This document shows positions 49,969 through 62,850 of a DNA stretch of 64,000 nucleotides, one piece after another. The notes under the pieces were generated by a model that saw only the letters and a program-made list of their open reading frames with translations, had not been told where the DNA came from and did no database searches. Both the position numbers and the translations under genes were made by a program. The stretch comes from Mobula hypostoma (Eukaryota), in assembly GCF_963921235.1 (NCBI RefSeq), contig NC_086097.1, positions 155,684,001 to 155,748,000 of the forward strand. The letters are read 5' to 3'. Every line of letters begins with the position of its first letter. The first letter of the stretch is position 1.

Positions 49969-52892
49969 TATCAATGTGATAATGGCCAGTTAAATGAAAA
50001 TAAAAAGTGAGACTCTTTGAACTTTTCTCTCTTGATCTGTAGGTAGGCCTCAGTTAAGTCCCCTTTGCTGAAGTGTTTTCTTTCAGAAAGGGTTGCAAAG
50101 ATATCCTCTATTCTGGGCAGAGGGTATTGATCTACTTTCAGTAGAGGGTTTGTTTGTGACTGTAAAATCATAATAGATCCTGACAAGCATATTCTTCTTG
50201 GTTACTGGGACCGCTAGTCTTGTCCATGGGCTCCACTCAACCTTGGAAAGAATTCCTTCAACTCACTGAATGTGATCCAGCTCACTAGTTACTTTATTAA
50301 GGATGGTACAAGAAACCAGTTAGGCTTTGCAAAAGTTGGGTGTGGCATTTTCATTTAATCCTATTTTATCCTTGATATTTTTGAGTTTTCCAATGCCTTC
50401 TTAAAACAATGCTGTTGCCTCATCCAGTAGCGTTCTTAATTTGTTTTCAGCTGAGTCCATTGCAGGGTACGTGCCATTCAGACGGTTCATTGATCTCCAA
50501 TCAAGTTATAGTTGTCTCAGTTAACTATGCCCTGTCAATGCTGGACCTCCTGTTTTACCACATGCAATCTCAAGGTGGCTTGCTGGCTGTTGCATTTCAT
50601 AGTTACAAATGTCATTCCCACAGGAGTTATCTTTTATTCAGTTTCAGTTCTTAGCTGAATTTCTTCAAGCTTCAGTTTAGTATATTTGAATTGCTGTTCA
50701 AACTCATTTTATGGAATGGCTGAAATAGTCAAACCAATATTCAATTCGATTTTAATTAATTTGCCATTCACCAGGTGAAAGCCAATTGCTTGTCTATTGT
50801 TAATTTTTGTATGGTAAATCTCAAGGCTACACAGCCCTATGTCACTCTAATCATTATCAGATTTTTTTTTATCAACAATGTGCAAATTAGTGCTCTTTTT
50901 GGAACTGCAAATTGACTCTTTCAATTTTTCTTTTTCTAGAGCAGTCTATTTATTTTTGTCTACCCAATATGCTCTTTGTATGTGTCCTACTTTGCTGCAT
51001 TTTCTGCACATTTGACCTTTAAACCTGAATTTGTCTGTCGTATGTGAGCCCCTGCCACAGTGCTAACACAATTTGTTTGACCAGACAGTTTCCTGTTTAG
51101 ACATTTTAATTTTGTTTACTCACTGCAACTCAATTGTATCTCCGCTGTTTCCATTGACACGGTAATTTTAATTGCTCTTTAAATGTAAGTTGTGCTTCAT
51201 TTGGGAGCAGTTTTTGATTATTTTCTCATAAACATGAGAAAATCTGCGGATGCTGAAAATCAAAGTGATACACACAAAATGTTTAACGAACTCAGGAGGC
51301 CAGATAGCATCTATGGAAAAGAGTAAACAGTTGACTTTTTGGGCTGAGACCCTTCATCAGGACCGGAGAGAAAGAGATGAGTAGACAGAGTAATCAGATG
51401 GGGGGAGGGGAGGAAGAAGTACAAGGTAGTAAGTGATAGGTGAAACTGGGAGAGGGGTAGGGGTGAAGTAAAGACTGGGAAGTCGATTGATGAAAGAGAT
51501 AAAGGGCTGGAGAAGGGGGGATCTATTTACAGAGAACAGAAAGGGAAGGGGGAGGAGCACCAGAAGGAGCTGATGGGCAGGTAGTGAGATAAGGTGAAAG
51601 TGGGGAATGGGAATATAGAATGGTGAGGAGTCCATTTACCAGGCATTCGAGAAATCGTCGTTCATGTCATCAGGTTGGAGGCCACCCAGAGAGAATAGAA
51701 AGTGTTGCTCCTCCAACCTGAGTGTGGTCTCATCACAGTAGAGACCCTGGACTGACAAGTCAGAATGGGAATGGGAAATAAAATTGAAATGGATAGCCAC
51801 CGGGAGAACCTGATTTTTCTTTTCCTTTTGGTGCTTGGTGAAGCGGTTTCCCAATCAATGTCAGGTCTCATCGATATACAAGAGGCCACACCGGGAACAG
51901 CGGATACAGTAGATGACCTCAGTAGACTCACAGGTGAAGTGTTGCCTCACCTGGAAGGACTGTTTGGGGCCCTGAATGGTACTGAGAGAGGAGGTGTAGG
52001 GGTAGGTGTGGTACTTGTTCTGCTTGCATGGATAAGTTTTCTTGTAAGATTCCACAAACTAAACAATCTGTCAGTGTATCATTACGCCCATTTCTGAACT
52101 GACAATGCTCAGACAATTTCTTCAGCTGCATAAGCTGAAATGAACTCCCCTTCACTTCTGCTTGCTTTGGTTCTAAACGTCCTGCTTTACGTTCACAATA
52201 TCAGCAAAGCTGATTTTGGCTGGAGCAGCTAAACTTCCAAACAAACTATGCTATCCCATCTATTGCACTCAGAAAGACTGGCTGTTGTTTCATATCGGCT
52301 ATTTCAGTTGCTTTAAAATATTGCTCAATTCATTCAGTATACAAGATCTAGTTATCTGTTGTGCAATCAAATGCATCTTTCTTTCCAATGTAGGCAGCCA
52401 TTTTGGCTTTTTAAAAAATGATTATTATCACTTGCTATTCAAATGAATTTCATCCATTTTCTGCTTTGATTTAACTTGACTGTCTTTTTCCCTTTCTGAA
52501 GAAACATGTGCTACATTTTTTTTAAAACTCGAGCATCTCCCCATCCAAAGAAATAAAAATGTGGTGCATTTTCTTTTAAAACTAAAAATTCTCGCTGTGC
52601 TTCAACAGGTGGGTAGTTGGCTCAGGTTCATTTAAAAACTTCCTTGTCGCCACTTTTATGCATTTTTTAACTCTAGAAACTAACTAAAGGAAAATCACAG
52701 GTACCAGGTGATGTACATGTATTCCATTTTACTTTAATGAGCTGCTCACGAATGACGTGGTGGCATAATGATGTATTCCATTCAAGTACTTTTACATATA
52801 ACCTGTAAAGAATTAGGTAAATAGCAAAGAATGTTTAATCAAACAATATATTTATAACACTACTCAAATATTACTGCAATATTAAATACACA
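49969..52892 (-). mobile_element. Second degenerate Gypsy copy (family of 39433-42283)
   Basis: NPLLKVDQYPLPRIEDIFATL; gag knuckle CRKCSKVGH; LKKLSEHCQF; PBS-like TGGCGAC at ~52646-52652; LTR ~52653-52892 similar to 42052-42283. Confidence 0.82.
51231..52036 (-). mobile_element. Penelope-like 3' fragment (GIY-YIG + pLTR) nested in Gypsy gag
   Basis: SFQVRQHFTCESTEVIYCIRCSRCGLLYIDET; hammerhead-like ctgatga-agggtctcagccc at ~51328-51365 (-); degenerate duplication ttttctcataa / ttttcttgtaa at the flanks. Confidence 0.85.
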
Positions 52893-53339
52893 TGTCAAAT
52901 TAAACATCCATGTCAAATATCCCCTCATCGAATTCAAGTGGCCGGCAGCCTTCCTGTCAAACAGACTTGCAACATCCCCATAACTCAGCCATGAGGGAGA
53001 TGGCTATGCTGTCATTATCAGCTCTGTCTGCTTTTTCAATGCTTGGATGTCGATCTCATGCCACATTCATTGCTTGCCTTTTCCAAGATTCAAGTTCAGC
53101 TTCAAGATCTAGTACAAATTTAAGTTTTTTGTTGTTATAGACATACATACATAGGGTTTAAATGCCAGGAAGGTTAGCTTAGTACAGAGGAGAGTTGTGA
53201 GACTGCAAATACTGGAATCTGGAGAGAAATAAAATGCAGTGGAGGAACTCAGTAGGTCAAGCAGCATCCTGTCCAGATGAAAGGTTTTGACCTGAAACAT
53301 TGACTATCCATTTCTCGGCATTGATGCTACCTAACCCAT

Positions 53340-54000
53340 TGTAGTCAGGTAGAATGGAGAATGGTGCCTGTTGTTTCCAGCTGGAGGGGAAAAATCACAT
53401 GGGACCTTCTTCCTCAGGTGGCCTTAAAAGCATGGGCCAGTGTCTATTTCATAAGGAAAGGTGAATGGCAGAATTGCTGATCCTTTTGGTTGATATATTC
53501 TGGTGACCATGCGCATCTGTGTGAGGTGCGTTTCTTATTCAGCTCCTTTTGTGCATTGCCAGATGGTGTAGGTCTTTCTGTGAGTCACTGCCTTTGCCTT
53601 TTATTTAACTCATTTCACTCAACTTGAACTTGTGGTATTTGTATGGCTAGTCCTAAATCTCGATGGTACACTGATGCACTTTATTGTACTGGTGTAGTAA
53701 ATGTACCTAACACACTTTATTGCATCGATGCATTTTACATCACTGTGATGGACAGCTGAGACTTTAGCCTCTTGTAAGCAATAAGCTAAGAACAGTGCTA
53801 TTGCACTTTATGTGATCTGATGGTAACCCAGGAGCTGCATTTTATTTGAAATTGGACTTGCCTTTATGTACGTTTTTAACAAATCTTCTGTTTGTTAATA
53901 AAATTTTGTTACAACTTGAAACTACATTGTCAGACTGTCTACCTTAAAAAGGTCCAGAACCTGCCTGCAGTATTGGCTCAACAGTCACTCTATGCCTACA
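53340..54000 (+). mobile_element. Possible solo LTR (661 bp), family D
   Basis: TGTAG...CTACA inverted termini; AATAAA at ~53897; interrupts a Penelope fold-back piece (53195-53339, resuming gttcct at 54001); no TSD visible. Confidence 0.4.
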
Positions 54001-55082
54001 GTTCCTATTCTGAATCGTCTTCAATCATTAAATCCATGTGTTGGGTTTTACTTCGGGTCAAATTAGATTTAGATCGAAGGATTCTACTTACAAGTGAGAG
54101 AATTCAGATGAAAAGTGACACAGATGGAACAATTTGTAAGAATTGAGAATGCTTTTGGCAATGTTGATTGTGTATGTGTGTATTGATCAAGCATGTGTTG
54201 TGTTCCCTTGTTAAATATGCTTAACTTGAAAATCACCAGATTAAAATTGGGAACAATATTGATTTCCTCTTTCCATATATCAATGTGTTTCTTGTCCTTA
54301 TTCTATATTCTTATTCAAGACCTCATTCGTCTTCAGGAGCATCTCCACTCACTTTATATACAGGGTGAATGTACGATTTACGTACCCACTGCAGTCACTA
54401 CTTGTCATCTCACCTAATTTATCTGGAGAATCCCATTCTATTTTTTTTACACGATCACTGTCACACCCTCAATAAGATTATAACTATGCATTCAACTTGC
54501 AACATTCCAAACTCAATGTCATTATATAAACTGCAGGGTTTTTTTCACTGTGGCTTCTTGCAAAGCCAAATAATAGAAGTGGAGATGTCAACAGAACATT
54601 GTTTTCTAGCTGAGAGTTTTCAAGGATATGGGGTTGAGGTTGGAGCATTCATAAAATGACAGATCTATCAGAATCTTACAGGTACTTGTCAAGACTTTAT
54701 GACCTATGCCCTTGGGAATCAAATGTGAAGCAAAGTAACTGATAGAAGTCGACCAGGGAAGGATAATAATAACAATTATACTTTTATTTTATTTTTGACT
54801 TCAATTGGTGCCTCAGAAAATTAGCAACTTCTTCAGACTTCAATGATATGAAATTACTGTGAATGAAGTTATTACAGATCCAGCTGTGTCATTTCTATCA
54901 GGAATCTGGAAAATTTAATCATTGCAATTATGCTGGCACCACTTCAGTCAGAGCAGTAAACTGAAGCTCAAAACTACTTAAAGCAATGAATATTACTTCA
55001 GATCCAAGGACAAACAAGTGCAGAAGAGAGAGAGATTGCATAAGCTAATTGCAGTGTTCTGCAGTGAACATTTTAACATCCT

Positions 55083-56023
55083 GCTGTACTCACTGTACAC
55101 TCATGATTGTGCAGCCAAGCTTACATCGAACTCAATATATAAGTTTGCTGATGACACAACAATTGTAGGCCATAGCTCGGGTAATGATGAGTTTCAGTAC
55201 AGAGAGGAAATTAAGAGCCTGGTGGCATGGTGCGAAGACAATAACCTATCCCTCAACATCAGCAAGATGAAGGAATTGGTGTTGACTTCAGAAGGAGTAG
55301 TGGACCGCACGGCCCAATTTACATCAGTGGTGCGCAAGTGGAACAGGTCGAAAGCTTTAAGTTCCTTGGGGTCAATATCACAAATGACCTGTCTTGGTCC
55401 AACCAAGCAGAGTCCACTGCCAAGAAGGCCCACTAGTGCCTTTACTTCCTGAGAAAACTAAAGAAATTTGGCCTGTCCCCTAAAACCCTCACTAATTTTT
55501 ATTCTTCTAGGGTGCATCACAACCTGGTATGGAAGTTGTCCTGTCCAAGACCAGAAGAAGCTGCAGAAAATCGTGAACACGGCGCAGCACATCACACAAA
55601 CCAATCTTCCGTCCCTGGACTCACTTTACACCGCACGCCATCGGAGCAGTGCTGCCAGGATAATCAAGAACACGACCCACCCAGCCAACAGACTTTATGT
55701 CCCTCTTCCCTCCGGGAGAAGGCTCAGGAGCTTGAAGACTTGTATGGCCAGATTTGGGAACAGCTTCTTTCCAACTGTGATAAGACTGCTGAACTGATCC
55801 TGACCCAGATCTGGGCCGTACCCTCCAAATATCCGGACCTGCCTCTCAGTTTTTTTGCACTACCTTACTTTCCATTTTTCTATTTTCTATTTATGATTTA
55901 TAATTTAAATTTTTAATATTTACCATCGATTTGTAATCCAGGGAGCGGGAAATGTAGAATCAAATATCGCTGTAATGATTGTACATTCTAGTATCAATTG
56001 TTTGGCGACAATAAAGTATAAAG
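55083..56023 (+). mobile_element. Relatively young 5'-truncated Rex1/Babar LINE
   Basis: LYSLYTHDCAAK..SNSIYKFADDTTIVG; GCITTWYG; THPA..L.VPLPSGRRLRS; NSFFP; AATAAA and tail; perfect 6-bp TSD catcct (55077-55082, 56024-56029). Confidence 0.9.
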
Positions 56024-56888
56024 CATCCTTGGTTGTAAGATCATGTATTATTTTTCATTGAAGTGAGCCCACCAGGTAACTAGGTGGAAGAAAAATAATC
56101 AGAAGCACAGAATAAGGCAGTTCTTTACAAACGTGATAGATTGCTTTGAGATGACAAATTAGGTAGAGTAAATGGACATGGCAGCTATTGATTTTTAGAA
56201 AGCCATTATTATGAGTTATTGGGGAAGATCAAACACTACAGAATAATGAAGAAAATAAGGGCACATAGATAAAGAAATAACAATCAGGGAAGAAATGAAA
56301 AAGCACTGATCCCTGCTGTACGCTACTGGTCATAGACCTCCAATCACAAAAACAGTCCTTCACCATCATCATTTGCTTCCTGACACCAAGCTGAATTGGA
56401 TCCAATTTGCCACCTTCCCATGAACTCAAACTTTTTGCTTAATTCTGCCACATTGGACTTGTCAGATGCCTTACTGAAACTCATATAGACTACATCATCT
56501 ACACTGCCTCGCCAATACATTATGTTCCATATTTGAAAAATTCAATCAAATTGGTCTGACAGGAATCTCCTTCTAGCAAAATCATGCTGAGTATCTTTGA
56601 TAAATCACGGTCACTCTATGTGTAAGTTAATCCTGTTGCTCAGGGCTTTTACCATGGTAACTACAGGTCTATGAATCTAACAAGCTCATTTCTGCTGCCC
56701 TTTATGAAAGAAAATACCACAGCTAATGTCCTTCAGTCACCTGGCTTCCCAACTGTACCCATTGGAGACTTAAAAATCTCTAAATGGATCCCATTAATCT
56801 CCACCTATCTTGACTCCCAGAGAAGCCTGCAATACATCTGATCAGGCTTTGGGGATTTAACTATCTGTAAACTTGTTAAGATATTTAA

Positions 56889-57487
56889 TGTAACTGCACC
56901 AGTCCAATGAAATAATGGCCACGCGACATATAGATGTCCTTGAAGATTTATTTTTATTTCTCTCTCTCTCTCTTCAGTAGAGACTATGAAAACTACAAGA
57001 AAATAAAGGACATAAAAGATTGAAACATACACCTCTCAGTCTTTTAAAGTCTCTCAAGCTAGTGTCCGCTGATAAACAGGCCCAAACACATTAGCACATC
57101 AGAAGTGTGCTGAGATCAAATAAATCACTAAAACATACACTGTTCATATAAAGGCACCTCAACAACATTATATAAAACAAATTAAGAAAGACAATTACCA
57201 TGTGCTCCTCTTGGACTACTTGCAGAATAAGGTTATTTTAGGGCCATCCATCTTTCTCTGCTTTTATGTTTTACCCATAATACCACAGTCAAGCTTTCAT
57301 TGAACTCTGGTCATGTGACTCATTAAACCCTGGTCATGTGACCCATTAAACTCTGGTCATGTGACCCATCACACTCTACATTAAATAAACCTTACAAACT
57401 ATTTTCGGGTGATAAAATAAACATGAATTTATGACAAAAACATATAAAATAAACATCTCAATGAAACATGTCCCTGAAACAGTTACA
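56889..57487 (-). mobile_element. Solo LTR (599 bp), family E
   Basis: TGTAACTG...CAGTTACA perfect 8-bp inverted termini; 5-bp flanks tttaa/cttaa; AATAAA on the minus strand at ~56947-56958. Confidence 0.75.
57298..57369. promoter_or_regulatory. 3 x 23-bp tandem repeat with E-box GTCATGTGAC inside the solo LTR
   Basis: Units cattraacyctggtcatgtgacy at 57298, 57321 and 57344; a regulatory role is inferred, not shown. Confidence 0.6.
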
Positions 57488-57539
57488 CTTAACACCTCTT
57501 TAATGTTGCCATTTCCAGAATTTCATTGCCCTATTATCC

Positions 57540-58125
57540 AGTGGGCAATGTTAGGCCTCTGTCTGTCAGGGTTGACTGTGGATGTTGCATCTTAGCAGTC
57601 TAGATATGCAAGCCCTGGCAGTATAATATGGAGAGGCGGCTGTTGCTCATATAGCAAGCTCCTCTCTCCACACATCTGATGAGCTAAAAGGAAGAGAGAT
57701 TGATAAACTTTGAGACCAACAGCATCGAAGGAGTTGTCAGTCAGTGTCGAACGAACTCAACACAAGACTGCCTTTGGAACTCCAGCTGCAGATATTACCC
57801 TCTCAGTTTACTCCTGAAGTCTTCCCCATGAGTGGGTATAACCACAAGGCAGCGGAGGTTTGAGGTCAGTTTTCCTTTGTCTAAATGAGCTGTCAACCAC
57901 AGCTGAGAAGCACCCCCTCATCTGCCCAAGGTGACTGGTTTAAGGCACCAGTAACCCACTTTTGCCCCTTCTTTTGTCAGTAGAAATAGTTCTGCTGGGC
58001 TTAGTAGCTAAACCAGACATGAAGGTCTTGTTAGAGGCTATTTGAGGTTCATGCCTTTGGGAGCATTTAATAAGTAGTGGGAGCTTGTCCCCATTACCAT
58101 CCCCAGCTATAATCACCTTAAGGAA
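57540..58125. repeat. Unclassified interspersed repeat (possibly RTE-related)
   Basis: A more GC-rich segment that separates CR1 minus-strand pieces; family not securely identified. Confidence 0.3.
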
Positions 58126-58711
58126 CAGTGGGTAATGAAATATAACTAATTTCCTGCAATTCAGGCAGCATTCTGGTAAATCTCCTCTGCACTCTCTCCA
58201 GTGCAATAGCACCCTTTCTACAGTGTGATGACCTGAACTGCATCCAGTACTCCAACTATGGTCTCCCAAGTTCTGTGTAAAGTTGCAGCATAATATTCCC
58301 ACTTTTCAAGTCATGTTGAGTTTCTATTTGTCATACTCACAATGAAAAAAAGTACAACTAAAGTTGCTTGCATCTGTAAAGCAGGTATGTCAGCACTTTC
58401 CAATTCTTCACCCTGCCCTGTGATGCAAACATGCTACATATTATACTTTTTTTCACCATCCTATGTAGCGTATCTGTGTTGTCTCTTTCAGCAAATCATG
58501 GACATGAATCCCAAGGTCTCTCTATTCATCAATATTCCTTTGAGCCTATGTCCTATTGTCATGTGACTTGCCAAAATGTACCATATTTTGAAATTAGATT
58601 TCATCTGCCAACACCCAGTTTTCCATCTGAGAACCTTGCTTGTTCTCCACAATACCACTAATTTTCAAGTAATCTGCAAAGCCTTCTAGTTGTTCATTTA
58701 TGTCACAAACA

Positions 58712-59026
58712 ACACGGTGGCATAGTGGTTAGCATGATGCTATTGTAGCCCCTGGTGCCCCGGAGTTCTGAACTCAGTTCCGGTGGCATTCTGGAAGGAA
58801 TCTCTCTATGTCCTCCCCATGGAATGTTTAGCTTTTCTTTGGGTCCTCAGGTGTCCTCCCACAGTACAAAAAATGTATCGGGTAGGTTAATTGGACATTG
58901 TAAATTGTTCCCTGATTTAGCTTATAGAGAATTGAGCGTGTCAGGTGGTTGCTTAGGTGGCATGACTTGACGGACTGAAAGGGCCTACTCCACACTGTGT
59001 CGATGAGTAACTGGATGAATGAGTGA
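58712..59026 (+). mobile_element. V-SINE
   Basis: A-box ggtggcatagtggttagc; V-domain ggtgtcctcccacagtacaaaaa; similar to 32678-32970; (gaat)n tail. Confidence 0.7.
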
Positions 59027-59499
59027 ATGTCCCAGCACTGGTCTTTAAAGTACAAAGTCAATTACAGATTTCCAATCAGCGAAGTGACCTCCTATCACTA
59101 TACTCTGCCTCCCACCACCAAGACAACCTTGGAATCAGTTAGCCAGCTTACCTTGGAACCTATGTGCATTAATCTCCTGGATGAGCCTATCATGAGGGAT
59201 CTTCCTTATTAAAGATCATATAGATGGTGTCTACTGCCCTACCTTTATTAACCTCCTTGGTTACCTCCTTAGTTACTGTCATCAACTTGTGACTGGGGTG
59301 GCGGGGGGGGGCTGTGGAATGTTGTTCAAGAGTTATTGAAACAGGAACTTAAGTTGAAGAAAAGAGGCCCAATTTAATTTAATTAAGGGAACAAAGCAGA
59401 GAACCTAGAAGTGCAGCTTATATGAAAGGGAAAATCCTGTACAGATTAATTATGTAAGTAGCCTGCTTTTGTATGCCATTTCTAAATAGTTCAACCAGA

Positions 59500-60089
59500 T
59501 ATTCATAGAGCCATAATGTCTTACAGCATGGAAATAGACACCCTTAACCCAACTCATCTATGCCAACTGTGTTGTCCAGCAAGAGAATCCCATTTGCTGC
59601 CAATTGGCCCATTAACCCTCCAAAGCTCTCTAACCATGTACTCATCCAGAGAGCTTCTAATGCTACTAATGTGCATGTCTGAGTTACTAATTCAGACAGC
59701 TCATTCCAAGTGCCTATTCCACCACATTCCCCCCACCCCCACCACCACCACCTTTGCAGTGAATAAGCTGCCACTGATGTCCCTTTAAATCTCTCACCTC
59801 TGATTTTAAACCTATGCCCTTATGTTTTAGCACCCCCTCCCTGGAAAAAACACTTTCACCCTGTCTATGTCCCTTATGATCTTACATACTATACTTCTAT
59901 CAGATCACCCCTCAATCTCCTGCAATTCAGTGAATAAAGTTCTAGTCTACAGAAGTTCTTATGGGAATCCAAGCAACATTCTGGTAAATCATCTCTGCAC
60001 TCGTTCTAGTTTAATAATATTTTTCTGATAACAGGATGAACAAGACTGTACATGATTGGCACAAATTGTGAAGCCTCACCAATGTCATA
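59500..60089 (-). mobile_element. CR1 3' fragment, host of the Tc1 (resumes ~61696-61745)
   Basis: ttttaaacctatgccct; cagatcacccctcaatctcc; host cctcaccaatgtc...aactgcaatataac spans the Tc1. Confidence 0.65.
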
Positions 60090-61695
60090 TACAAAAGGTA
60101 TTCCCCCATCTTGGAAGTTTTTGTGTTTTATTGGTTTACAACATTGACTCTTAGTGGATTTAGTTTGGCTTTTTTTTGACACTGATCAACAGAAAAGACT
60201 CAAATTTCATGCCAAAGAGAAAACAAGTTGCTACAAATTGGGCTAAATTTATTACAATTATTAAATGCAAAATAATTGATTGCATAATTACTCACCCCCT
60301 TCAAGTCAGTATTTAGTAGATGCAGCTTTGCCAGCAATTTCGGCCTTGAGTCTGTGTGAATAGGTCTCTCAGCTTTGCACATCAGGACACTAATTGTTCC
60401 CCATTATTCTTTACAAAACTACTCAAGCTCTGTCAGTTTGCATTCGGATCATGAGTGAACAGCCCTTTTCAAGTCCAGCCACAAATTCTCATTTGGATTG
60501 CGGCCTAGACTCTGACTTGGCCACTCCAGGACATTAACTTCATTGTTTTTAAGCCATTCCTCTTCAGCTTTGACTTTATGCTTGGGGTTATTGTCTCGCT
60601 GGAAAACAAATCTTCTCCTAAATTGTAGTTCTCTTGCAGACTGTATCAAGTCTTCCTCCAGGATTTCCCTGTATTTTGCTGCATTTATTTTACCATCTGC
60701 CTTCAAACCCTCCAAAACCCACTGCAGTGAAGCATCCTCACTATGCTTCGCGATAGGGATGATGTGTTTTCGATGATGTGCAGTGTTTGGCTCTGCCAAA
60801 CATAGTGTTTAGTCTGATGGCCAAAAAGCTCAATTTTGGTTTCATCAGACCATAGAACCTTCTTCCAGCTGACTTCAGAGTCTCCCACATACCTTCTGGT
60901 AAACTCTAGCCAAGAGTTCATGTGAGATTTTTTTCAGCAGTGGTTTTCTCTTTGCCATTCTCCCATAAAGCTGCGACTGGTGAAGCACCTGGGCAACAGT
61001 TGTTGTATATATTGTCCCTCCTATCTCATCCACTGAAGCCTGTAACTCCTCCAGAGTTATCATAGGTCTCTTGGTGACCTCCCTCACTAGTCCCCTTTTT
61101 GCATGGTCTCTCAGTTTTTGAGGACAGACTGCTCAAAGCAGATACACAGCTGTGCCATATTCTTTACATTTCTTGATGATTGACTTAACTGTCCTCCAAG
61201 GGATATTCAGTGACTTGGAAATTTTCTTGCATCCATCTTCTAACTTGTTCTTTTCAATAACCTTCTCGCAGAGTTGCTTGGAGTGTTCTTTTGATTCACA
61301 GTATAGTTTTTGCCAGAATACTGACTCACCAGCAGTTGGACCTTCCAGACACAGGTGTAGTTTTACTACAAACAATTGAAACACCATGACTGCACATGAT
61401 GATCTCCATTTAACTAATTATGTAACTCCAAACACCAATTGGCTGCACCAGTGATAATTTTGGTGTGTCATATTAAAGGAGGTGAATATTCATTCAATCA
61501 ATTATTTTCTGTTTTATATTTGTAATTAATTTAGATCACTTTGCAGGGACCTGTTTTTACATTAACACAAAAGAGTCTTTTTCTGTTGATCAGTGTCCAA
61601 GAAGCCAAATTAAATCCACTGTGATACACTGTTGTAAAACAATAAAACATGAAAAGTTCTGGGGCTGGGGCCGTGAATACTTTTTATAGGTACTG
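60090..61695 (-). mobile_element. Tc1-family DNA transposon (DD34E), IR/DR-type long TIRs, near full length, inactive
   Basis: ~200-bp inverted ends (60090-60305 / 61475-61695), each with outer and inner tattcacccc-like repeats; left tip eroded; ~1.6 kb. Confidence 0.9.
60300..61305 (-). pseudogene. Tc1 transposase pseudogene
   Basis: Frameshifted pieces: KEHSKQL..KVIE...KISKSLNIPWRTVKSIIKK; KRP..TLEELQ; KVLWSDETKIELFG; FQRDNNPKH...LEWPSQS...NPNENLW (34 residues between the second D and E). Confidence 0.9.
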
Positions 61696-62689
61696 AATAA
61701 CTGCAATATAACTTCTCAATTCCTTTGCTCATTGCCCTGACCAGTCGGTTCTACTAAGTAAATTCAATTTTCCTTTTTAATAAAAATCATCGCAGTATGG
61801 CATAGGCAGCACTTTGAGATGTGATATGGGAAGTCTTTTAATAAATATTTAAAGTATTGATTGGGTTGTTGGTGTTCGAGTCCGGCTGACTTGTTTCATT
61901 GCTGGATTATTAAAAAATTCTCCCTTTAGCTGAGGTGAGCTTTAGTTTCCATTATGTTTAGTTAAAATTGTTGTCAAATTAATCTGACTCTTTAAATCAC
62001 TAACGGTTGAGAAGGGCCCAACACTAACATTGCAAGCTTTGACATTGTAAGAATGCATGGATTATTAATGATTGTGCAACTTGAACCAGTGAGCACCATA
62101 AAGCATCTTTTGATTCTTCAATCTATGCTCCTGTTATGTCAGATGCCTGGCTCGAAGCTTCACCCTACAAAGCTAATTACAGATTGAAGATGAACAGGTC
62201 ACAGGAGCTGACAGACTTGTGTGTACTGAGGTCAAAAGGACTGAATAACTCTCAGGGTAAAGATAAACTTTTGAGGCATAAAGAATCTTGAGGCTTTAAA
62301 ATTATTTACATTGGTATCTTTCAAACAATACGCATTTTATTTCTATCTCCACCCCCACCCCCCTATTTTTACCAAGTTTCAAATGTAACTCTGGTTCATT
62401 AGTTCTCATTCCATTGAATTTACGTCTCATGTCACCAGTTCTGGTTTGATTAGTTCTTGCTTAAGGCCCCACTGGAAGTCAGATTTCCCATCCCTTAAAA
62501 CAGAAGGGTTTTGAAGCTTGGGTTTATGTAACAAAATACTTGAAGCTGCTAGCAAACAAAATATATAACAGTGACACAGAAAAGGTAACCATTGCCTTTG
62601 TAATAGGGATATGATTTATGGAGCATCTTAAAGGAAGAGATTAAGATGGATGTCAGGAGTTTCAGGAGAGAATTGCAGACCTTACAGGA

Positions 62690-62850
62690 ACAAACTGCTG
62701 GAAGAACTCTTTAGATTAAGCAATATCTGCGACAGGAAAGGAATTGTCAATGTTTTGATCTTGATTCTGCATTTTGATCAGACATGTTGACAATCCACTT
62801 CCAACCCCCACCTTGACGGATACTGCTGAACTTGCTGAATTCCTCCAGTC
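62690..62850. mobile_element. Penelope-derived fold-back mini-element (old)
   Basis: ctgctggaagaactc...gctgaattcctccag inverted arms, same layout as 44170-44378. Confidence 0.5.

Larger units (their letters stand above)
56295..57520 (-). mobile_element. Old CR1 RT fragment split by a solo LTR
   Basis: Minus-strand WRSMTSSVQQGSVL, KSPKPDQMY.RLLWE; host sequence gatatttaa|cacctcttt continues across the LTR. Confidence 0.6.

Noticed and set aside
55018..55797. ORFs of the kind often auto-annotated as host proteins
   Set aside because: They are the Rex1/Babar RT and C-terminus, bounded by a TSD.
57298..57369. Short direct repeats as a CRISPR-like array
   Set aside because: Head-to-tail repeats with no spacers, in eukaryotic LTR context; no cas genes.
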